Below are positions 17,756-24,799 of a stretch of 64,000 bases of DNA, one piece after another. Position numbers and translations under genes: made by a program. The notes beneath the pieces are model-generated. The model ran no database searches. It had not been told where the DNA came from and worked only from the letters and a program-made list of their open reading frames with translations. The stretch is from positions 761-64,760 of the forward strand of contig JANNQX010000131.1 of assembly GCA_031400975.1 (NCBI GenBank), in the 5' to 3' direction. The stretch is from Gemmatimonadota bacterium. GTDB taxonomy: Bacteria > Gemmatimonadota > Gemmatimonadetes > Gemmatimonadales > GWC2-71-9. Numbering within the stretch: the first letter of the stretch is position 1; the number at the start of each line of letters is the position of its first letter.

Positions 17756-20156
17756 GGCGATCGATACGACGGTGGACTGCGTCCACTGCGGCCTCCCGGT
17801 CCTCCCGGGCGACCTCAGGCCGGAGGCGGATCAGCAGTTTTGCTGCTCCGGCTGCCGGACCGCCTGGGAGCTAATCAACGCCGCCGGCCTCTCCGCCTAC
17901 TATGCCGCGGATGACCGGCGGCGTGTTCCGGTTCGGCCCTCGGGCCGGCGATACGACGAATTCGACCACCCGACATTCACCCGGCTTTACGTTCGCGATG
18001 CCGGGGGCGGGATCCAGGAGACCGAGCTCTATCTCCAAGGCGTTCACTGCGCCTCCTGCGTTTGGCTGGTGGAACAGGTGCCGTTGCTCGTTGAGGGAGC
18101 GGTCCGGGCGGAACTGAATGTCCCCCGCTCGCTCGCTCGGATTCAGTGGGACCCCGCCCACACCTCCCTGGGGGCAATTGCGCGGTCCCTGGAGGCGTTA
18201 GGATATCCATCCCAACCCTTTCGTGGAGGACGAGCCGACCATCGACGCCGGGTCGAAGATCGCGCGATGCTGGTTCGAATCGGGATCGCGGGGGCCATTG
18301 CCATTAACGTGATGACGGTGGCGCTGGCGCTGTACGCCGGCTGGTTCGGCTCCATGGAGCCGGCCTACGTTCGTTACTTCCGCTGGATCAGTCTCGGGCT
18401 GACGGTGCCGGCGATCGGGTGGCCCGGCCGGGGATTCTTCACCAGCGCCTGGGCGGCATTGCGGGCCCGGCGCCTTCACATGGATGTGCCGATCGCCCTT
18501 GCGTTAGGTGCCGGCTTCATCCGGGGCGCCGTCAACACCGTGACCGACTCGGGGCCGATCTATTTCGACGGAGTCGTCACCCTGATCTTTCTGCTGTTGG
18601 TGGGCCGTTTCCTCCAGCAACGGGCCCAGCGGGCCGCCGCGGACTCGGCCGAACTGCTCCACGGCCTGACCCCATCGACAGCCCACCTGGTGGTCGGCGA
18701 ATCGATCGAAGAGGTTCCGGCCGAGTCGCTGGTTCCCGATGCCCTCGTTCTGGTCCGGGCCGGCGACCGGTTCCCGACTGACGGCATCGTGCTCGACGGG
18801 TGCTCGGGTGTTGACATGGCGTTGTTGACCGGTGAGTCGGCCCCGGTATCGGTCCGACCGGGCTCCCCCGTCTACGCCGGTACCACCAACACGTCAGCGG
18901 CCGTGAGAGTCCGGGTCACCGAAGCTGGGGAGACCACTCGGCTCGGCCGGATTCTCCAGGAACTCGAGGCGGCGATGAGCCGCCGGGCTCCGGTGGTTCA
19001 CACGACGGACCGGTTGGCGGGTTGGTTCGTCGCCGCCGTCCTGGTGCTTTCGGCAGCCACCTACCTGATCTGGCTCCAGATTGATCCAACGGTGGCCGTC
19101 GACCATGCGATTGCCCTCTTGATCGTGACGTGTCCTTGCGCGCTCGCGTTGGCCACCCCGCTCACCATGACGGTGGCCATCGGACGGGCCGCCAAGGCGG
19201 GCATGTTGATTCGGGGCGGCGACGCACTCGAGGTGCTGGCCCGCCCGGCGACGATGCTGCTCGACAAGACCGGCACACTCACCGAAGGCCGGTTGCGCCT
19301 GACGGACTGGCATGGTGACGACGCCCTCCGCGGTGCGGTGCTCGCCCTGGAGCAACACTCCAATCACCCGCTCGGCTCCGCCTTTGCCCGGGCATGGCCC
19401 GCCAGCAACGCGGCCGAGGTATCCGAAGTGCGGCAGACCGTCGGGGGCGGGATCACGGGCCGGGTGGCGGGACAGGACGTGGTGGTCGGCTCGCCGGCTT
19501 TCGTCCTGGCCCGGGCGTTCGACCCCCACCGGTTGGCCGACTCGTTGCCTGCCCATCTCACCCCGGTGCTGGTTGCCACCGGAGGAGTGGTGCGTGGTGC
19601 AGCCGGGTTTGGCGATCCGATTCGGCCGGATAGCGCCGCCGCATTAGCGGCGTTGCGGCGGGGCGGCTGGCGGATCGGAATTCTATCGGGCGACGCACCG
19701 GGGGTGGTGGCGGCGGCCGCGGCGGCGTTAGGCGTGTCCGGGGCCGACGCGAAAGGCGGGGCGGCCCCGGAAACGAAACTCGCGGAGGTTGAACGGCATT
19801 TGGCGGCCGGCCCCGTCGTGATGGTGGGCGACGGGGTCAATGATGCCCTGGCGATCGGCCGGGCCAGCGTCGGCATCGGGGTGCGGGGAGGAGCGGAGGC
19901 CTGCTTGGCGGCCGCCGACGTGTTCTTGGCCCGCCCCGGACTGACGCCGTTGGTGGATCTGATCGAAGGAGCCGACCGAACGCTGCGGGTCATCCGGCGG
20001 AACATCGCCGTTTCGATCGGCTACAACCTGATCGGCGCCGCCCTGGCGATTTCCGGCACGATCAACCCGCTGATCGCCGCCATCATGATGCCGGTCAGCT
20101 CGTTGACGGTGACCCTGCTTGCCTGGCGGAGCCAGACCTTTCGGACCCCGGCATGA
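17736..20156 (+). CDS. ccoI: copper-translocating P1B-type ATPase CcoI/FixI
   Basis: 806 aa with N-terminal Cys pairs (CVHCGLP, CCSGC), an HMA-like CASCV, TM motif CPCALALATP, DKTGTLTEG and VGDGVNDA. It occupies the ccoI position before ccoS. Confidence 0.9.
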   Translation: MATSIAEAIDTTVDCVHCGLPVLPGDLRPEADQQFCCSGCRTAWELINAAGLSAYYAADDRRRVPVRPSGRRYDEFDHPTFTRLYVRDAGGGIQETELYLQGVHCASCVWLVEQVPLLVEGAVRAELNVPRSLARIQWDPAHTSLGAIARSLEALGYPSQPFRGGRADHRRRVEDRAMLVRIGIAGAIAINVMTVALALYAGWFGSMEPAYVRYFRWISLGLTVPAIGWPGRGFFTSAWAALRARRLHMDVPIALALGAGFIRGAVNTVTDSGPIYFDGVVTLIFLLLVGRFLQQRAQRAAADSAELLHGLTPSTAHLVVGESIEEVPAESLVPDALVLVRAGDRFPTDGIVLDGCSGVDMALLTGESAPVSVRPGSPVYAGTTNTSAAVRVRVTEAGETTRLGRILQELEAAMSRRAPVVHTTDRLAGWFVAAVLVLSAATYLIWLQIDPTVAVDHAIALLIVTCPCALALATPLTMTVAIGRAAKAGMLIRGGDALEVLARPATMLLDKTGTLTEGRLRLTDWHGDDALRGAVLALEQHSNHPLGSAFARAWPASNAAEVSEVRQTVGGGITGRVAGQDVVVGSPAFVLARAFDPHRLADSLPAHLTPVLVATGGVVRGAAGFGDPIRPDSAAALAALRRGGWRIGILSGDAPGVVAAAAAALGVSGADAKGGAAPETKLAEVERHLAAGPVVMVGDGVNDALAIGRASVGIGVRGGAEACLAAADVFLARPGLTPLVDLIEGADRTLRVIRRNIAVSIGYNLIGAALAISGTINPLIAAIMMPVSSLTVTLLAWRSQTFRTPA

Positions 20157-20338
20157 CGATCCTATTCATTTTGGTACCGGTGGCGTTGGGCATTGTGCTG
20201 ATCAGCGTGATCGGCTTCGTCTGGGCCACCCGACAAGGCCAGTTCGATGACCTCGAGACACCAGCGCTCCGGATGCTCCGCGACGAAGCGGTGAGGGCGG
20301 CCCCCGCCGCCCCCAAGGCCCCGGCGGACAGCCCTTAA
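20153..20338 (+). CDS. ccoS: cbb3 oxidase maturation protein CcoS
   Basis: 61 aa. MTILFILVPVALGIVLISVIGFVWATRQGQFDDLE matches the CcoS pattern (single TM helix plus GQ(F/Y)DD). Confidence 0.85.
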   Translation: MTILFILVPVALGIVLISVIGFVWATRQGQFDDLETPALRMLRDEAVRAAPAAPKAPADSP

Positions 20339-21414
20339 CGTACCGGCTGGCGCCGCTCGAGGTAGTTTTCCCGCTCTCGGGCGATGGCGTTGAGCAACGG
20401 GAGGGGTTCAAACCGGACCGGATCGGTGCACGGCAACCCGGTCTCCTCCGTGGCCGCACGACAGGCGGAGCGGGCCTCGTCCTCGGAGAGATCGTAGGTG
20501 TTGAGGCAGATGCCGATCACCTTCGTCGGATGGACCGCGGAACCCAGCATCTCGTACATCTCGACGTAGCGCGAGAGGGGCGGGATCTTGAGCCACGGCG
20601 CGGTCCGGTATTCGCCGATGTGTTCGCGAGTGGCCTGGTGGCAGAGGATCAGCGCATCGGGGCAACTCCCGTGGAGGAGCCCAAGCGTCACCCCGGAGTA
20701 GCCAGGGTGGTTGATGCTGCCCTGCCCCTCAACGAGCACGATATCGGCGTCTTTCGCTCCCCGCAACACAAGTTCCTCCGCCGCCCCGGCGATGAAGTCG
20801 GCGATCACGGCGTCGACCGCGGTGCCCCAGCCTTCGATGAAGATTCCGGTTTGGCCGGTGGCGACGAAGTTGGTTCGAAGCCCCCGCGCCTTGAGGCCGG
20901 TGGTCAGCTGCAGCTGGGCGGTCATCTTGCCCACGTTGCAGTCGGTCCCCACCGTCAACACCACGAACGGATCGACCAGGCGAGCCATGCCGGCGGCTAT
21001 CGGGATGTTCTTCGGCGCCTTCCGGGCGTCGGTTATCGACCGCCCGTGTTTGGCGGCCAGCGCCGCCAGTTCAGCATCGTCCGAAATAAAGGTGTGGAGG
21101 CCGCTAATGATGTCGCAGCCAGCGGCCAACCCCTTGGCCAACCATTCCCGCCAATCCTCCGGCAGCTTCCCGCCGGCCGGGGCTATCCCGATCATGATCG
21201 CGGTCGGCTTCAAGGCCAGCCCGGCCTCAATCGAACCGACCACCGGAATCGTCCCGCCAAACCCAAGAACATCCTGGACGGTTTTTCCGGCGGCCACCCG
21301 ATCAAGAACCGCCACGACCCTCGTGGGGTGGTACCGAACCACCGAGTTCGCGGTTTTCGACTCGAGGGGATGGAAGGCGCCATCAGCGAGAATGAGGAAG
21401 CGGGGGTCAGCCAT
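20335..21414 (-). CDS. DUF1611-family protein
   Basis: 359 aa. The N-terminus (ILADGAF....KTA..V.RY) and a P-loop-like core (VLTVGTDCNVGKMT) resemble DUF1611 proteins. The assignment rests on recalled family features only. Confidence 0.6.
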   Translation of the reverse strand: MADPRFLILADGAFHPLESKTANSVVRYHPTRVVAVLDRVAAGKTVQDVLGFGGTIPVVGSIEAGLALKPTAIMIGIAPAGGKLPEDWREWLAKGLAAGCDIISGLHTFISDDAELAALAAKHGRSITDARKAPKNIPIAAGMARLVDPFVVLTVGTDCNVGKMTAQLQLTTGLKARGLRTNFVATGQTGIFIEGWGTAVDAVIADFIAGAAEELVLRGAKDADIVLVEGQGSINHPGYSGVTLGLLHGSCPDALILCHQATREHIGEYRTAPWLKIPPLSRYVEMYEMLGSAVHPTKVIGICLNTYDLSEDEARSACRAATEETGLPCTDPVRFEPLPLLNAIARERENYLERRQPVR

Positions 21415-21460
21415 AGAATCCGAAAACCTGTCGGTTGATTGAACGGGCGCTGCGAATGGT

Positions 21461-21474
21461 ATACAAATTTGTAT
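21461..21474. promoter_or_regulatory. perfect 14-bp A/T-rich palindrome ATACAAATTTGTAT (candidate operator)
   Basis: The sequence at 21461-21474 is its own reverse complement. It sits 47 nt upstream of the DUF1611 start (21414) and 49 nt downstream of the pspA stop (21523), in an otherwise G+C-rich spacer. Confidence 0.4.
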
Positions 21475-21522
21475 CCGACGACCCCGCCGGTCAAGTGGCG
21501 CGCCCCCGTTCAGGGGGGATCG

Positions 21523-22281
21523 CTACTTCAAATCGTCGTCGATGACTTCGGCGTCGTGAACGGTGGTTTCGCCTTTGCCCAGCTGCTTGGTGTCGCCGGA
21601 GCCCTTCCCCAACATCCCCATCTTGGACTTGAGGTCGAGGAGCTGTTGGTCGGCAGAACCCTTGTATTCCAATTGCTTGAACTGGGCCGCCAGGTCGTCG
21701 CTTTGGAACTCCTGCTGGAGTTCGGCTGAGGCCAGGGCCTTCCGCTCGATGGCCTCGATCTTCTCGGCCATCCGGTCAAAGGATTCGAAGGCGCTCTTGT
21801 CCGACATCCCGGACATCGTTTCTTGAATCCGCTGCTGCGCCTCGGCCCGTTTGGCACGCGCCACGAGGATGTTCTTCTTCCGCTTCGCTTCCTCAATCTT
21901 TTCGTTGAGTTGGCGGAGCTGGACCTTGAGATTCTCGGTCTCGGCTTTGTGCTTGACCCACGTCTCGTGGAGTTGGGTCGCGCCCTGGAGCGCTTCGTTG
22001 TACCGGAGCAGCGCTTGCTTGGCGAGGTCGTCGCGGCCCTCCTGGACCGCGAGCATGGCCCGTCGTTCCCAGTCTTCCGACAGTTTCTTGAGCGCCTCGG
22101 CGTCAGCTCCGAGCTTCTTTTCGTCGGCGATGGCGCCGGCCGCTTCTTGCTTGGCCTTGGCCAGATTCGACTTCATGTCGAGAATCAACTGGTTCAGCAT
22201 TTTCTCGGGGTTTTCGGCCCGAGAGATGAGGTCGTTGATGTTCGACTTCAACATGGTCGAGAAGCGTTCAAACATTCCCAT
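21523..22281 (-). CDS. pspA: PspA/IM30-family protein
   Basis: 252 aa. The N-terminus MGMFERFSTMLKSNINDLISRAENPEKMLNQLILDM is the canonical PspA/IM30 start, followed by long coiled-coil sequence. Confidence 0.93.
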   Translation of the reverse strand: MGMFERFSTMLKSNINDLISRAENPEKMLNQLILDMKSNLAKAKQEAAGAIADEKKLGADAEALKKLSEDWERRAMLAVQEGRDDLAKQALLRYNEALQGATQLHETWVKHKAETENLKVQLRQLNEKIEEAKRKKNILVARAKRAEAQQRIQETMSGMSDKSAFESFDRMAEKIEAIERKALASAELQQEFQSDDLAAQFKQLEYKGSADQQLLDLKSKMGMLGKGSGDTKQLGKGETTVHDAEVIDDDLK

Positions 22282-22287
22282 TGCGTC

Positions 22288-22683
22288 TTACCTTTCCCGG
22301 TACGGCGCCAAGGCGCTCAAATGCGATGATAGCGCCAAAGTCAGCGAATCGAAACTAGCCTCAAACTCGGAAAAATCGAGATTCTCGAGTTCGAGAGCGT
22401 CGGTCAACACCACTTGATTGCCCTCAATCCCGTACGACCCATGGATGAGATCGCGAGCATTAAACTCGAGCAACTGCCGGAAGAGGCCGCCCTGGCGATC
22501 GGCCCCGGCCGGCGGTTCCATCACCCGGACTCGAAGGATGGCCACCGGCGGTGCGAACGTCACGACGACTTCGGCGCCTTCGTGGCTTTTGATGACCCAG
22601 AGTCCCGGCTCGACTTCCCGAGAGTCAGCGGTGCCGCCCTCGAGGCGGTCAATGAAGGACTGCAAATCTTCTTTGGTAACCAT
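22288..22683 (-). CDS. YbjN/CesT-like (secretion-chaperone-like) small acidic protein
   Basis: 131 aa, 6 nt upstream of pspA. The pattern (…FIDRL…WVIKSHEGAEVVVTF…LFRQLLEFNARDLIHGSYGIEGNQVVLTDALELENLD..EF) resembles the YbjN/T3SS-chaperone-like fold family. The assignment is from memory. Confidence 0.55.
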   Translation of the reverse strand: MVTKEDLQSFIDRLEGGTADSREVEPGLWVIKSHEGAEVVVTFAPPVAILRVRVMEPPAGADRQGGLFRQLLEFNARDLIHGSYGIEGNQVVLTDALELENLDFSEFEASFDSLTLALSSHLSALAPYRER

Positions 22684-22760
22684 GCGACTCCCTCTTCAAG
22701 GATCGGGCCACTCCATCGGCCGCGGGAAACTCCCGCCGCCAGGGGGCCTACCGCAACCAG

Positions 22761-23099
22761 CTATGCCGAATCGGACTCGCTCTGGCGACGTTGGGCCAGC
22801 ATCCGCTCCGAAAAATCCGTCCGCTCTTCGAGCTCGGTAATCCGAGTCCGCAGATCGTCGAGTTCGTTCAACACCTGCTCGGGCGGGAGCTCACTGCCAC
22901 CGCCGCCCCGGATTCGCTCGGCGATTGCTAGGCCGAGCGGCCCCCGAAGCACGATGGTGGCCCCGATCGCCCCGATGATCGTGACCGGGATGGCGTATCC
23001 CGGTCCGAGCGCGACCGACATGATCCCGTGAGCCACCAGGGCCGCCACCGAGCCGCCCACGATCGCTACGATCGGAAGGCTTCGCCGATCCTGATTCAT
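22761..23099 (-). CDS. PspB-like array paralog 7 (two hydrophobic segments, GPLGLAIAERIRG, EERTDFSERML)
   Basis: 112 aa. Its ATG overlaps the upstream paralog's TGA (ATGA at 23096-23099). It shares the juxtamembrane and C-terminal motifs of the array. Confidence 0.75.
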   Translation of the reverse strand: MNQDRRSLPIVAIVGGSVAALVAHGIMSVALGPGYAIPVTIIGAIGATIVLRGPLGLAIAERIRGGGGSELPPEQVLNELDDLRTRITELEERTDFSERMLAQRRQSESDSA

Positions 23100-23368
23100 C
23101 GCGGGGTATTCTCCGACATCGGTTCCGCCTCACCGCCCTTGAGGAGGACTCGCTCGGTGAAATCGAGCCGCTCCTCCATTTCCTGGACCCGGCTCTCTAA
23201 CAGCGCAATCCGCTCGGCTGCCATCTCACCGGTGGAAAGGCCGGTGCTTGGGTCTTTCTTTTCGCCGGCGATCCGCCGCCCAATTGCTTGACCCATCGGG
23301 CCGACGAACAACGCGACAACCATGGCCCCGATCGAGCCAAAGAGCGCGAAAAAACCCAACTCACCCAT
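23096..23368 (-). CDS. PspB-like array paralog 6 (GPMGQAIGRRIAG, GLSTGEMAAE, EERLDFTERVL)
   Basis: 90 aa from ATG 23368 (MGELGFFALFG...). The ORF track instead starts at TTG 23383. It has one N-terminal hydrophobic helix. Confidence 0.75.
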   Translation of the reverse strand: MGELGFFALFGSIGAMVVALFVGPMGQAIGRRIAGEKKDPSTGLSTGEMAAERIALLESRVQEMEERLDFTERVLLKGGEAEPMSENTPR

Positions 23369-23501
23369 GAGCGCGATCTCCAATCAAACGCTGCTCCATT
23401 TCACTCCAATGTGCCGCGTCCACTTGCCCCGACGAGAGGCCCGTCTCCGCCACAGCGCCCATCCGTTTGAACGCCCGATGCCGGCGCTTGAACCAACTCA
23501 T
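23361..23501 (-). CDS. 46-aa TM-less mini-paralog of the array (below the ORF-track length cutoff)
   Basis: Manual translation gives MSWFKRRHRAFKRMGAVAETGLSSGQVDAAHWSEMEQRLIGDRAHG. The start ATG 23501 overlaps the upstream TGA (ATGA). The stop at 23361-23363 overlaps the next paralog's start. Its first 12 nt are identical to the start of the 130-aa paralog. Confidence 0.45.
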   Translation of the reverse strand: MSWFKRRHRAFKRMGAVAETGLSSGQVDAAHWSEMEQRLIGDRAHG

Positions 23502-23890
23502 GGCCGCTCTCGACCGGCCGGCAAGGCCCGCTCGCCGGTGCCCTGGGCCAGCATCCGCTCAGCAAAGTCGAGACGTTCCTCGAGCTCGAGCATCCGGGCC
23601 TCGTTGGTTTCCAGTTCGGCCACCCGAGTTTCCAGTTCTTCGAGCCGGGCGGCCGCCATCTGGCCGGTGGAGAGGCCAACCGACGGATCGGAGGCCAATT
23701 GCTTCAACCCGCGCTGCCGACGCCAGGCAAGCAACGCAACCGAACTCCCCGCCACTAAGAACATCAGGCTTTCGTTCCTTGAGGAGTGGGGCAGGACCGA
23801 GGACATGAATCCCATCGCCATGCCGGTCAGCACCACATGGACGGCGAGATCAAAGAAATCGAGGCCGAGGTTCTTCCGGAACCAACTCAT
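23498..23890 (-). CDS. PspB-like array paralog 5 (two TM segments, GLSTGQMAAA, EERLDFAERML)
   Basis: 130 aa. Its ATG overlaps the upstream TGA (ATGA at 23887-23890). It lacks the GPxG..A..RI motif but keeps the C-terminal motif. Confidence 0.75.
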   Translation of the reverse strand: MSWFRKNLGLDFFDLAVHVVLTGMAMGFMSSVLPHSSRNESLMFLVAGSSVALLAWRRQRGLKQLASDPSVGLSTGQMAAARLEELETRVAELETNEARMLELEERLDFAERMLAQGTGERALPAGRERP

Positions 23891-24162
23891 CGTGGCAGCC
23901 CCTTCGAGTGGTCCTTCGCCTCGAGCACGAGGCGCTCGGCAAAGTCGAGCCGCTCGGCCAATTCCGCCCGCTCGTGCTCGCCGGCGGCCAGCCGGGCTTC
24001 GAGGTCGTTCAACCGGGCTTCGAGTTCCGGTGAGGCCCCCAGGTTGCCCTCGATCCGCCGAGCCAATGCCCGCCCGAGCGGGCCTCGGAAAATCAGCACC
24101 GCACCCGTGATCAGGGCGAACAGGGAAAACATGATCGTCGGCGCCACGTCTCCCGGATCCAT
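23887..24162 (-). CDS. PspB-like array paralog 4 (GPLGRALARRIEG, AERLDFAERLV)
   Basis: 91 aa from ATG 24162 (MDPGDVAPTIMFSLFALITGAVLIF...), 1 nt after the upstream TAG. The ORF-track start at 24240 would overlap the previous gene. Confidence 0.75.
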   Translation of the reverse strand: MDPGDVAPTIMFSLFALITGAVLIFRGPLGRALARRIEGNLGASPELEARLNDLEARLAAGEHERAELAERLDFAERLVLEAKDHSKGLPR

Positions 24163-24163
24163 G

Positions 24164-24508
24164 CTATTTCTCCCGTGCGATCGCGGCCTGTTCGCGGCCT
24201 TGCGCCAACAGCCGCTCGGAAAAGTCGACCCGTTCCTCAAGCTCGGCCATCCGGTCCTGGACCCCTTCGAGCTCGGCCACCCGAGTCCGGAGGTGATCGA
24301 TTTCGGCCGCCAGGCCGGCGTCCACGCTCTTGCCTTCGATCCGGCGGGCCAGCGCCTTGATCAGCGGCGCCAAGATCACACCCGCTAAGATCAACCCGAC
24401 GATAATCACGAGCCCGATGATCACCTTCTCCGGGGGGCCCGATTGGAACGCGTCCGGCGGCATTTGTGGCATCGGCGGCATCGGCGGCATCGGCGCTATG
24501 ACTTGCAT
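24164..24508 (-). CDS. PspB-like array paralog 3 (MPP-repeat N-terminus, APLIKALARRIEG, EERVDFSERLL)
   Basis: 114 aa. Its ATG lies 1 nt after the upstream TGA. It has one TM helix (VIIGLVIIVGLILAGVIL). Confidence 0.75.
   Translation of the reverse strand: MQVIAPMPPMPPMPQMPPDAFQSGPPEKVIIGLVIIVGLILAGVILAPLIKALARRIEGKSVDAGLAAEIDHLRTRVAELEGVQDRMAELEERVDFSERLLAQGREQAAIAREK
24456..24500 (-). repeat. imperfect 9-bp tandem repeat (GGCGGCATC-like, about 5 units) encoding (M/I)PP repeats
   Basis: The + strand reads GGCGGCATT TGTGGCATC GGCGGCATC GGCGGCATC GGCGCTATG. On the minus strand this encodes APMPPMPPMPQMPP at the N-terminus of paralog 3. Confidence 0.7.
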
Positions 24509-24509
24509 C

Positions 24510-24779
24510 TCAGCCCTCCGGCTGTTTCAGGGCACTCGGTTCGGTCCGGCTCGCCACCAAGCGTTCGGTAAAGTCGAGGCGTTCATTCACTTCAGCCAAT
24601 TCCTCACGAAGCCGGTCGATTTCCTCGAGCACCCCGGGGTCGGTTCCCTGGAGCGCCGCCATCGCCCCCGGCGTTTCGCCCCTGATCCTCGCCGCGATCG
24701 CCTTGCCGATTGGGCTATAGGCAACCAAACCCAGGGTCGCGCCCCCAAAGATGAAGATGATCGCGAGGATGTCTTCCAT
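24510..24779 (-). CDS. PspB-like array paralog 2 (SPIGKAIAARIRG, NERLDFTERLV)
   Basis: 89 aa with one N-terminal hydrophobic helix (ILAIIFIFGGATLGLVAY). It lies 20 nt downstream of paralog 1. Confidence 0.75.
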   Translation of the reverse strand: MEDILAIIFIFGGATLGLVAYSPIGKAIAARIRGETPGAMAALQGTDPGVLEEIDRLREELAEVNERLDFTERLVASRTEPSALKQPEG

Positions 24780-24799
24780 GATTCGCTACCGGCCGGCGG

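Noticed and set aside
21503-21517. CCCCC-GTTCA-GGGGG hairpin directly after the pspA stop, considered as a terminator.
   Set aside because: No U-tract follows on the minus strand; the next bases are CGCGCCACUUGACC. It is mentioned only as context for the nearby A/T palindrome.
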